A DNA stretch of 64,000 bases from an uncultured Acidobacteriota bacterium (GTDB lineage Bacteria > Acidobacteriota > Terriglobia > Terriglobales > Acidobacteriaceae), in contig CAVTEQ010000018.1 in assembly GCA_963733935.1 (NCBI GenBank), positions 52,942-116,941 on the forward strand. Reading direction: 5' to 3'. Both the position numbers and the translations under genes were made by a program. Under the pieces are notes generated by a model, which saw nothing but the letters and a program-made list of their open reading frames with translations, was not told the DNA's origin and made no database searches. How positions within the stretch are numbered: position 1 is the first letter of the stretch; each line of letters opens with the position of its first letter. Below are positions 32,125 through 40,467 of the stretch, in pieces.

Positions 32125-32640
32125 TTGAAAACCTATCTTTTGCCGAGAAAATTGATCGCCCAGATCAAGCAGCTGATCGCGACCTACAAGCCGTCCCCGC
32201 GTCCGCCTTCCGCGCTGGTGCGCGTCCTCAAGCTGCTGTGCGAGAGCCGGCATTATGAGCGCGCGGGCATTTTTCTGGCGGTGAAGGGGAGGGAAGTGCC
32301 GCGGGCCTTCGGCGGAAGCCAGGCGGACGCGGGCGAGCTCAGGCCGGAGTTGATCGTGCCCATCAAGATTTCGACCTATGCCATCGGCAGCCTGCGCGTA
32401 CAAGCTGCGCCCGGCCGCGCGTTCAGCTCCCAGGAGCGGATACTGCTGCGTCAGGTGGCGAAGATTCTGGCGCTTTATCTCAGCGGGAAGGGGAAGTACC
32501 AGGTGCGCAAGACGCGCGAGGCAGTGCGCGACGCCGCGGCGCCCGCCGCGGCCAGCGAGAAACGTAGCGCCCCGCCTGCCTTCGAAGAGAGCGACACCGA
32601 AGCCCTCTACGCGGCTGCTGGGGAAAAATCTCGCGGGTGA
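32125..32640 (+). CDS. Small GAF-like domain protein (tentative)
   Basis: TTG start, 171 aa. ...YERAGIFLAVKGREV...LIVPIKISTYAIGSLRVQA...FSSQERILLRQVAKILALYL resembles a GAF core. Confidence 0.55.
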   Translation: MKTYLLPRKLIAQIKQLIATYKPSPRPPSALVRVLKLLCESRHYERAGIFLAVKGREVPRAFGGSQADAGELRPELIVPIKISTYAIGSLRVQAAPGRAFSSQERILLRQVAKILALYLSGKGKYQVRKTREAVRDAAAPAAASEKRSAPPAFEESDTEALYAAAGEKSRG

Positions 32641-32720
32641 TTCATTGAGCAGCTTTTTTTCGGCTGCACGCTTCCGAAAAACCTGACTCGATTCGCCCCA
32701 ATCAACGCGGGCGCAACCTC

Positions 32721-33536
32721 TTACCTGCCGGCCGCCTGCCCCACGCCCGTGACTTCGGCCTGCGGCCTGCCGCGTTGAATCCACAGCAAGCCGCCGGCGA
32801 TCACCAGCCCGATGGCCAGCAGTTGCGTGCCGGTCATGAATCCGCCGAGCACGCTGCCGCGGTCGGGATCGTCGCGCAGGAACTCCAGAAAAAAACGAGC
32901 CAGACCGTACACGAACATGTAGGCGCCAATCACCTGTCCATCGAACCGCTTCCACCGCAGCAGCCAGGTAAGCAGGAAAAAATCCCCCAGTTCCACCACC
33001 ATCTCGTAAAGCTGCGTGGGATGGAGCCGCACACCGAGCGGCGTTCCGACAAGCAGGCCGGCCAGCGGATTGGTGAAAGTTACTCCCCAGGGCAGCGTGG
33101 TGGGCTTCCCCCAGCAGCAGCCGGCGGCGAAGCATCCCAGGCGGCCGATGGCGTGTCCAAGCGCCACGCCCGGCGCAAACACGTCGCAAGTCTTCAGCAC
33201 CGGGATGTGGTGGCGGCGAATGTACCACCATGACACCAGCACGGCGGCGACGAGTCCGCCGGACCACACTCCTCCGGCCTGCAATGTTGTGAGGCTGAAG
33301 ATGTCGCGCGGATGGGCCTTGTAATAGGCCCAATCGTTCACCAGCAACAGCAGCTTGGCGCCAACGATGCCGGCGAGAATGGCGAGAATGCCCAGGTTCC
33401 AAGTTTTGTCGGGATCGATGCCATGGTGGGTGGCATTGTGCACGCAGACGCCAAGTCCGACCAGCAGGCCCACGGCTGCCAGGAATCCGTAGGTCGGAAG
33501 CGAGAAACGGCCAAAGTGCAGCAGGATGGGGAGCAC
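32721..33536 (-). CDS. lgt: Prolipoprotein diacylglyceryl transferase
   Basis: ...GRLGCFAAGCCWGKPT...HPTQLYE motifs with 7 transmembrane segments. Confidence 0.93.
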   Translation of the reverse strand: MLPILLHFGRFSLPTYGFLAAVGLLVGLGVCVHNATHHGIDPDKTWNLGILAILAGIVGAKLLLLVNDWAYYKAHPRDIFSLTTLQAGGVWSGGLVAAVLVSWWYIRRHHIPVLKTCDVFAPGVALGHAIGRLGCFAAGCCWGKPTTLPWGVTFTNPLAGLLVGTPLGVRLHPTQLYEMVVELGDFFLLTWLLRWKRFDGQVIGAYMFVYGLARFFLEFLRDDPDRGSVLGGFMTGTQLLAIGLVIAGGLLWIQRGRPQAEVTGVGQAAGR

Positions 33537-33572
33537 GGGCCTATGTTAGCCGGGAGTACAGAAAAATCATAC

Positions 33573-33643
33573 GCCGCGGATTCACGCGGAAGAACGCGGA
33601 TTTCTAAGAAGTTGATCTGCGTTCATCCGCGTCAATCCGCGGT
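33573..33643. repeat. Word-hairpin, word GCGGATTCA (family W7)
   Basis: gccgcggattcacgcggaagaacgcggat opposes atctgcgttcatccgcgtcaatccgcggt. Confidence 0.8.
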
Positions 33644-33689
33644 AGGAATCTCGCAGACACACGAAAGCCGACCCGCTGGGCCGTGGGAA

Positions 33690-33865
33690 AGACCGTTTTA
33701 TGAACCCGTCCTAAGACGGTGGGAACTCCCCGAGGCCCTTTAGGCATTTCCGCTTGGCGGAACAGCTCACCGGACCAATATAACGAGTCGAGCTCCCATT
33801 TTGCGACTGTTGGTTCAAAAAAACGGCCTCCAGCCTCACCAACTTCGCAGGCCGGCGACGGGTTC
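33690..33865 (-). ncRNA. ssrS: Candidate 6S RNA (ends approximate)
   Basis: Immediately downstream of zapA with no convincing ORF. Closing stems GAACCCGUC/GACGGGUUC (33857-65 with 33702-10), GGUGAGG/CCCACC and GAGGCC/GGCCUC enclose a large bubble with a 3'-side hairpin UUCCGC-CAA-GCGGAA and an apical stem. Confidence 0.45.
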
Positions 33866-33866
33866 G

Positions 33867-33895
33867 ATGCTAGAGAAATCTGGAGCGGATGGCAA
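33867..33895 (-). promoter_or_regulatory. Sigma70-like promoter candidate for the structured RNA
   Basis: Minus strand reads TTGCCA-17 nt-TAGCAT, and the predicted start falls at the 5' closing stem. Confidence 0.3.
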
Positions 33896-33990
33896 GCCCG
33901 GCAATGTAAATAGTTGGCAAACAGGTTGCCTGCGTGGGAATGATAGCCAGTCGGAAGATCATGGACCTATGCCTGGTTGAAGACGCCCAG

Positions 33991-34311
33991 CTATCCCGCG
34001 CGGCGTTCTTCGTGCAAGGCCTGGTCGAGGGCGCCCGAGAGATCGAGAGCGCGGCGGTTGTACTCCGAAGCCACGCTGTCGTACTTGCGCTTCAGCAGGT
34101 GATACTCGTCGGCGATGTTGAGCGCGGCCAGCACCGCCAGGCGCAGGGAATCCACCGTGGTGGTTTGCTCGGCGACGGCGCGGATCTTGCCATCCACGTA
34201 TTCCGCGAGTTTCTCGATATAGTCGGGATCGGTGCCGCGCAGGCTGTAGGTCTGATCGAAGATCTCCACCCGTACGGATTTGCCGTTGGAGCTCGCCGCG
34301 GTCTCTGCCAT
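33991..34311 (-). CDS. zapA: Cell division protein ZapA
   Basis: VRVEIFDQTYSLRGTDPDYIEKLAEYVDGKIRAVAEQTTTVDSLRLAVLAALNIADEY is a typical ZapA pattern. Confidence 0.85.
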   Translation of the reverse strand: MAETAASSNGKSVRVEIFDQTYSLRGTDPDYIEKLAEYVDGKIRAVAEQTTTVDSLRLAVLAALNIADEYHLLKRKYDSVASEYNRRALDLSGALDQALHEERRAG

Positions 34312-34334
34312 GATGAGTCGTCTCCTTGCGACGA

Positions 34335-34631
34335 TTATCCTCCGCTTTCTTCCTGGGTCAATGCTTCAATGTGCTTGAGCATCTTTTCCACTCGGGTACG
34401 TACCTCTTCGCGCTCGCGGCGCAAAGTGACCACCTCGGCGCGCAGGGACTCGCTCTGGCCGTCGCGTCCCTCGAGCTGCTCGCGCAGGCGAGCGGCCGTG
34501 CGCTCGGCGGCGGCCTTGGCTTCGCGCGCTTCCTTTAATAGTTCGATGGTGCGATAGATTTTTTCTTCCAGCGCGTGAAAATCATCGGCGGGGAGGGTCG
34601 CCGGCATCTCTTCTACTGCCTTCACGGGCAT
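34335..34631 (-). CDS. Coiled-coil ZapB-like cell division protein
   Basis: 98-aa heptad-rich protein (LEEKIYRTIELLKEAREAKAAAERTAARLREQLE...) immediately upstream of zapA. Confidence 0.6.
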   Translation of the reverse strand: MPVKAVEEMPATLPADDFHALEEKIYRTIELLKEAREAKAAAERTAARLREQLEGRDGQSESLRAEVVTLRREREEVRTRVEKMLKHIEALTQEESGG

Positions 34632-34782
34632 ACTCAGAGAGTCCTCATTTCGTCAGATTCCAAAATGGAAGGGCGCAAGCGCAGTATAGCGCAGCCGCGC
34701 GGGAGAAAAATCCACATGTCCGCTCGGCAGCCTCCCGTGCTTTCAGCGCGGCATGAAGCTGTATAAATAATCGCCGCAAACA

Positions 34783-34858
34783 AAACACCCACCACAGAGT
34801 CACGGAGGGAAATGGGTTTAAGTTCCTCGGTGACTCCGTGTCTCCGTGGTGGGTGTTT
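34783..34858. repeat. Word-hairpin family W2
   Basis: aaacacccaccacagagtcacggag opposes ctcggtgactccgtgtctccgtggtgggtgttt. Confidence 0.85.
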
Positions 34859-34883
34859 GGTAAGCGCATCCAGGTTTTCGAAA

Positions 34884-36981
34884 TTAAGCCCGCTGAACTC
34901 CGCCCAGCTTTTTCAGCGCTTCAATGAGCTGGTTTGCCCAAAGCGCGACTTCGTCGTCACGCAGCGTGCGCTCCACCGATTGGAACTCAGCCCGCAGCAG
35001 CACCGAATACTGGTCTGTCGGGACCGCGCCGCCGCGGAAGATCTCGACCGGCTGGAACGCTCGCAGCTCGCCGATGCGGAGTGCTTCCACTGTCGGCTCG
35101 AATGCGCTCGAAAGTGATCGCATTGTCGAACAGGAACGAAAAATCGCGATCCACCGCCGGATAGCGCGAGATAGCCTGGTAGCGCACCGGGCGCAGGCCT
35201 TGGCGATAGAGCCGGTCGAGATAGATCTCCGCCAAATAAATGTCTTGGCGCAGCTTGCGCGCGCCGGCGACTTCCGGATGCAGTTGGCCAAGCCGCGCTA
35301 CCATGCCGCCATCGAGCACCGCCCGCGCGTAGCGATACGGATGGTAGTACGCGGGCCGGTTGTTGTCGTCGAAATAGAGCGACTGGTGCTGGAACTTGGA
35401 GAGCAGACTTTCGAGGTCTCCCTTCAGATCGAAAAACGAATATGCCCGTCCAGGCTGGTGAACGTCCGCGGCGACGGCTTGCCCCGTGGCGCCGATGGCG
35501 ATCTGTTTGCGCTCCTCGGTTTTCGTGCCGGCGAGCTCGTAAACATTGCCTGCCTCGAACAGGCGCACGTCGTTCACGCCGCGGTTCAGGTTGTACGCCA
35601 GCATGTTGACCATGCTGGGGACGAGGGAAGTCCGCATCACGGCAGCTTCTTCGCTGATCGGGTTTTCGAGCGCCACGGGCGCTGCAGTGGAGAACTGCTG
35701 CGCCTCCGCGGCCGAAATGAAGCTCAGCGAAACCGCCTGGTTGTAACCGAGCGCCAGCAGCGCCGAGCGCAACGACGCATCCTTCGGAGCGTCGGGAGTC
35801 TCCACGACCGCGCCGGCGAATGCGGGCAGCGTGTTGGGAAAACGGTTGTAGCCGTAGATGCGCGCGATTTCTTCGATCAGATCGATCTCACGCTCAACGT
35901 CGAGACGCCAGGTCGGGACCTGGACGCTGAAATCATCAAGCTCAGCGACATCGGGGTTGACGATACGGCCACGTCGGCCGAAAGGGCTAGGAGCTTTGGG
36001 CGCTCGCTCTACCGTTACCAAAAATCCAAGCCGCCGCAGGATACGCGATACTTCTTTCTCGCCGATTTCCTGCCCGAGAATTCGCCGCACTTCGGACGGC
36101 CGCAAGCGGATGCAAGGCCGCTCGATGCGCCGGCCGATGGCGTCGATCAGGTCGCCTTCGAGTTGGCCGCCGCCGGTTTCGAGGATCAGTTCCGCGACAC
36201 GGCGGCAGGCAAGCGTCGTAGCGCCCCAGTCGGCGCCGCGCTCGAAGCGATGCGAGGCGTCGGTGTGCATGCCGAGACGGCGCGCAGTCAGGCGGACGCT
36301 CACCGGATCGAACCACGCCGACTCGATCAGGATGTTGCGCGTGCGGTCGGTGATCATGGTGTCGTAGCCGCCCATGACGCCCGCGAGCGCGACCGCCTTT
36401 ACCGCGTCGGCGATGACCAGGTCGTCGGAATCGAGCTTGCGCTCGACTCCATCCAGAGTCTTCAGCTTTTCGCCGACGCGGGCGCGCCGCACGATGATCC
36501 TGCCGCCCTCCAGCGTATCCAGGTCGAAGGCGTGAGTCGGGTGGCCCATCTCGATGAGCGTGTAGTTGCTGGCATCGACGCCGTTGTTGATGGGGCGTGC
36601 GTCCATCATCTCCAGTCGGCGAGCGATGCGCGCGGGCGACGGCGCGAGCCTGATCCCGCGAACAATCTGCGCCGTGTATCGCGCGCAGCCTTGCGGGTCG
36701 GGCAGTTCGATCTCGAAGTTCGCCTTGCCTTTCGCGGCGGGCAGCTTGGGCTCAATGGGCTTGAGATCGAGATCGTAGATGGCCGAGCACTCGCGCGCCA
36801 CGCCATAGTGGTTCATGGCATCGACGCGGTTGGTGGTGATCTCCATGTCGAAGACGAGGCTGCCGCCCTCGCCGGAAGTCAGCTCGACGGCGAGACCGGC
36901 GGCAGTCAGGTCTTCGGCGAGCTGCTTCGCATCGACCTTGAAGTCAACGAACTCGCGCAGCCAGGTGGGAGATATCTTCAT
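34884..36981 (-). CDS. pheT: Phenylalanine--tRNA ligase beta subunit (short form lacking the OB-fold B2 domain); +1 frameshift near 35095
   Basis: MKISPTWLREFV..., B3/4 and B5 domains. The C-terminal FDX-ACB part (VEALRIGELRAFQPVEIFRGG...DDEVALW) lies in ORF 34884-35291, one base out of frame. 2098 nt = 699 codons + 1. Confidence 0.93.
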
Positions 36982-36994
36982 GTGTAGAGAATTA

Positions 36995-37062
36995 GCCACT
37001 GAGGCACAGAGACACGGAGGTAATCAGATCAGAAAATCTCTGTGTCTCCGTGTCTCCGTGGC
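36995..37062. repeat. Word-hairpin family W2 (pheS-pheT spacer)
   Basis: gccactgaggcacagagacacggag opposes ctctgtgtctccgtgtctccgtggc. Confidence 0.85.
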
Positions 37063-37079
37063 AGATGCGCACTCCTCCC

Positions 37080-38174
37080 TTACGCGAACTGCTCCAAGAA
37101 CCGCACATCACCCTGGAAAAACAACTGAATGTCGTCCACGCCATACTTCAGCAGCGCGATGCGATCGGCGCCCATGCCGAAGGCGAAGCCTGAGACCTTC
37201 GCCGGGTCGTAGCCGTTGTCGCGGACGAATTCAAACACATTCGGATCGACCATGCCGCAGCCCAGCAGCTCGATCCAGCCGCCTTGCTTGCAGGTGCGGC
37301 AGCCTTTACCGCCGCAGAAGATGCAACTGATCGCAACCTCGGCGCTCGGCTCGGTGAACGGGAAGAATGACGGCTGAAATCGCGTGCGGACGCTCGATCC
37401 GAACAGCGCCTTCATGGCGTGGTCGAGCGTGCCCTTCAGGTCGCAGAAGGTGATGTTGGTGTCCACGGCCAAGCCCTCGACCTGGTGAAACATGGGCGAG
37501 TGGCTGGCGTCGGGCGCGTCGTTGCGGTGCACCTTGCCCGGAATGACCACCCGAATCGGCGGCGCGAGCTTCTCCATGGTGCGGATCTGCACCGGCGAGG
37601 TGTGTGTGCGCAGCAGCAGGCGCTCGCGCAGCGGCTTTGATTGCTGTCCGGCGATGAACAGCGTGTCCTGGGTGTCGCGCGCGGGATGGTTGGGCGGAAA
37701 GTTCAGCGCCTCGAAGTTGTAGTAGTCGGTCTCGATCTCCGGGCCTTCGCTCACCGAGTAGCCCATCGCCTTGAAGACGGAGACGATCTCGCCCTGCGCC
37801 TTGATGACCGGATGTTCCGCCCCGATGGGCCGGCGGATGCCGGGGAGGGTGATGTCGAGGCGGTCGGATTCGAGCGGGCTCGCGGCCTGCAGGCGATCGC
37901 GGGCGGCGTCAATAATTTGTTCGACGCGGGATTTCAGTTCGTTGACGCGTTGGCCAACGTCGCGTTTTGCGGGAACAGGAGCGGATTTGAGCCACAGGTC
38001 GTTGATTTGAGTGAGGGCGCCGTTCTTGCGGGCCATCCAGCGGTCGCGAAAATTTTTCCAGTCGGATTCGTTGGTGATGGCCTTCGATTCGGATTCCAGC
38101 GCCGACAGCAATTCCCGCACAGCGGCATCCAGCGCCGCTGGTGAATAGTCCGCGAGTTTGGGAACGATGTACAT
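37080..38174 (-). CDS. pheS: Phenylalanine--tRNA ligase alpha subunit
   Basis: HPVIKAQGEIVSVFKAMGY...FPPNHPARDTQDT...LRTHTSPVQIR...FPFTEPSAE class II motifs. Confidence 0.96.
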   Translation of the reverse strand: MYIVPKLADYSPAALDAAVRELLSALESESKAITNESDWKNFRDRWMARKNGALTQINDLWLKSAPVPAKRDVGQRVNELKSRVEQIIDAARDRLQAASPLESDRLDITLPGIRRPIGAEHPVIKAQGEIVSVFKAMGYSVSEGPEIETDYYNFEALNFPPNHPARDTQDTLFIAGQQSKPLRERLLLRTHTSPVQIRTMEKLAPPIRVVIPGKVHRNDAPDASHSPMFHQVEGLAVDTNITFCDLKGTLDHAMKALFGSSVRTRFQPSFFPFTEPSAEVAISCIFCGGKGCRTCKQGGWIELLGCGMVDPNVFEFVRDNGYDPAKVSGFAFGMGADRIALLKYGVDDIQLFFQGDVRFLEQFA

Positions 38175-38183
38175 GGGAAAAAC

Positions 38184-38256
38184 GCCACGGATTGCACGGA
38201 TTCACGCGGATAAATCCCCGATTGAAAATCCGTGACAATCCGCGTGAATCCGCGGC
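38184..38256. repeat. Word-hairpin family W7
   Basis: gccacggattgcacggattcacgcggat opposes atccgtgacaatccgcgtgaatccgcggc. Confidence 0.85.
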
Positions 38257-38265
38257 TGAAAATTC

Positions 38266-38628
38266 TTACGCGGCGCCCAGTGCGCCCTTAGCCTGCTCGG
38301 CCAGACCCTTGAATGCTGCCGGGTCTTTCACTGCGAGGTCGGCCAGGATTTTGCGGTCCAGTTCCATGCCGCTCTTCTTCAGGCCGTTAATGAACTGGCT
38401 GTAGCTCAGGCCGTTGTCGCGGGCGGCGGCGCCGATGCGCACGATCCACAGCGAGCGGAACTGGCGCTTCTTCTGGCGGCGTCCGGAGTAGGCGAACTTC
38501 AGCGCCCGTTCCACCGATTCCTTGGCGGAGCGATAGAGCTTGGATTTGGTCAGGTAAAAACCGCTGGCGCGGTCGAGGATCTTCTTGCGCTTGGCGCGGC
38601 GCTTGGTGCCGCGCTTGACTCTGGGCAT
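38266..38628 (-). CDS. rplT: 50S ribosomal protein L20
   Basis: [18 protein letters not shown]...[20 protein letters not shown]. Confidence 0.97.
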   Translation of the reverse strand: MPRVKRGTKRRAKRKKILDRASGFYLTKSKLYRSAKESVERALKFAYSGRRQKKRQFRSLWIVRIGAAARDNGLSYSQFINGLKKSGMELDRKILADLAVKDPAAFKGLAEQAKGALGAA

Positions 38629-38691
38629 GGCGTCTCCTTTTTAGTGACTCGTGTTAGCGGCTGGAGGCAGGATGTGCCTCTTCACACGCTG

Positions 38692-38762
38692 GTCGTCGGC
38701 CCTCGGCCTTCGGTCGCCGGCCATTAGCTGTTGCCGACGACCGATGACCAACGGCCGACGAC
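38692..38762. repeat. Word-hairpin, word GTCGTCGGCC (rpmI-rplT spacer)
   Basis: gtcgtcggccctcggccttcggtcgccggc opposes gccgacgaccgatgaccaacggccgacgac. Confidence 0.75.
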
Positions 38763-38766
38763 TGCT

Positions 38767-38961
38767 CTAATACGGAATCATCCTCTTCACCTTGGGCACG
38801 TCGGCTTTGTCGACCAGCGTGCCGGTATCGAGATGGCGCTTGCGCTTCGTGGGCTTGGAGGTCAGGATGTGGCGCACGAATGCGTGTCCGCGCTTGACCT
38901 TCCCAGTGGCCGTCTTCTTGAAGCGCTTGGCAGCGCCGGAATGTGTTTTCATTTTGGGCAT
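38767..38961 (-). CDS. rpmI: 50S ribosomal protein L35
   Basis: [34 protein letters not shown]. Confidence 0.96.
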   Translation of the reverse strand: MPKMKTHSGAAKRFKKTATGKVKRGHAFVRHILTSKPTKRKRHLDTGTLVDKADVPKVKRMIPY

Positions 38962-38970
38962 GTTGTCTCT

Positions 38971-39489
38971 CTATCCCGCCTTCTTCGGAGCCAGAATCGC
39001 ATGCAGCGTATTGCCCTCCATGCGCGGCCTGAACTCGACGATGCCTTTGTCGGCGATGTCCTTGATCAGGCGGTCGAGAATCTGGCGGCCAAGGTTGGTG
39101 TGCGTCATCTCGCGGCCGCGAAAGAAAATCGTTGCCTTCACCTTGTCACCGTCTTCGAGGAAGCGCAGCACGTGGTTTTTCTTGAACTCGTAATCGTGCT
39201 CGTCCACGTTGATGCGGAACTTCACCTCCTTGACGGTGATGACTTTCTGGTGCTTCTTGGCGGCGCGTTCTTTCTTGTCCTGCTCGTAGAGGTACTTGCC
39301 GAAATCCATGATGCGGCAAACCGGCGGCTGTGCCGTCGGCGACACCTCTACCAGATCAAGGTTCTTCTCCCGGGCCATCTTGAGCGCTTCGAAAGGCTGC
39401 AGGATGCCGATCTGCTTGCCTTCATCGTCGATCACACGGACTTCGCGGGCGCGGATGCGATCATTCGTGCGGATAAATCTCTTGTCGAT
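38971..39489 (-). CDS. infC: Translation initiation factor IF-3, probable non-canonical ATC start
   Basis: IRTNDRIRAREVRVIDDEGKQIGIL...VEVSPTAQPPVCRIMDFGKYLYEQ. GGAGG-ctgtgt-ATC at 39489. There is no in-frame ATG/GTG at the conserved N-terminus, and the track ORF over-extends to 39567. Confidence 0.92.
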   Translation of the reverse strand: MDKRFIRTNDRIRAREVRVIDDEGKQIGILQPFEALKMAREKNLDLVEVSPTAQPPVCRIMDFGKYLYEQDKKERAAKKHQKVITVKEVKFRINVDEHDYEFKKNHVLRFLEDGDKVKATIFFRGREMTHTNLGRQILDRLIKDIADKGIVEFRPRMEGNTLHAILAPKKAG

Positions 39490-39583
39490 ACACAGCCTCC
39501 AGGAGAAAAAAGTACGGCAGAAACAAAAAATTATAGCATGGGAGAATCGGAGGATCGGCGTCACCACCGCGAACGGTTATGTC

Positions 39584-39826
39584 TTAGTTCGAATTCTGGT
39601 ACAAGTAGAGGCCGATGAAGAAAAGACCGCCGAGAAAATAGAGGACGACATCCCACCAAAAACGTTTAGGCTGTTCGGCGCGGTACACAATCCGACCGAA
39701 GCGCTCAAAGGTTTCCCCGCTGAGCGTGAAGACCGCCGTTGCGACCAACAAAAGGATCCCAATAAGCAGAAAGCGGTGCTGCCGATCAATCAGGTATGAA
39801 AAATGGTCCATAGCCCGCATTTTCAA
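39584..39826 (-). CDS. Small membrane protein
   Basis: 80 aa with two hydrophobic helices (FLLIGILLLVATAVFTL, VVLYFLGGLFFIGLYLY). Confidence 0.5.
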   Translation of the reverse strand: MKMRAMDHFSYLIDRQHRFLLIGILLLVATAVFTLSGETFERFGRIVYRAEQPKRFWWDVVLYFLGGLFFIGLYLYQNSN

Positions 39827-39849
39827 ACTGCGACACTACCCCATGAGTC

Positions 39850-40276
39850 TCAAGAGCTCTTCTCGCCGTCTGGACCGGCAACCCCCACCACGTAGCCATC
39901 GGGGTCGCGCAGCCATATTTCCCTGTGGCTGGGCCGCGGGTTGAAGTGGGGTTCTAATATCATCTGAGCGCGCAATGTGCGGGCCCGTTCGACGACTGCA
40001 TCAAAGTCGTCCACCTCGAACCAGAGTACGACGCCGTGCCCGACCGGCGCTGCGTCCGCGTTGACAAGGTTGGGGTGGTCGTCCTCGTCCCCAGGCATGG
40101 AGTTGAAGAACCAACTGGCCAGCGCAGAGCAAGCGGTCATAGAAGTCGCGATGGCTGTGCTCTGGCAGTGTATCGAGTCCGAGCAATTGTTGATACCACT
40201 GACTGCTTGCTCTTACATCGCGCACCGCAATCAGGGGCTGAGAATGGACAGTCGTTCGTCCCGGCATCGATTCCAT
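39850..40276 (-). CDS. Glyoxalase/bleomycin-resistance (VOC) family protein; +1 frameshift near 40090
   Basis: N-terminal part (IAVRDVRASSQWYQQLLGL...LVLQLHAW) in ORF 40001-40315, C-terminal part (DEDDHPN...GVVLWFEVDDFDAVVERA...REIWLRDPDGYVV) in ORF 39850-40140. 427 nt = 142 codons + 1. Confidence 0.75.
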
Positions 40277-40303
40277 GATTCGCTCCGAGAGTCCCGCATA
40301 CGG

Positions 40304-40438
40304 GTGAAGGGGCACGACCTCCGGTCGTGCCGCAGAGGAACCAATAATTCGTGGGGCTTTTAGCCCCTGGTTTTCAGGGGCTAAAGCCCGGATTTCTCAA
40401 CCACACTAATGGCACGACCGAAGGTCGTGCCCCTTCAC
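40304..40438. repeat. Composite nested-hairpin element (family K)
   Basis: gtgaaggggcacgacc-tcc-ggtcgtgcc ... ggggcttttagcccc ... ggggctaaagccc ... ggcacgacc-gaa-ggtcgtgccccttcac. The outer parts are mutually inverted. Confidence 0.8.
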
Positions 40439-40467
40439 CTGTGCTCTTACTGTACACATCGCCCCAA

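Noticed and set aside
33719-33913. 64-aa plus-strand ORF in the lgt-zapA gap.
   Set aside because: It has no RBS, no codon bias and no motif. The region is better explained as a structured RNA on the opposite strand.
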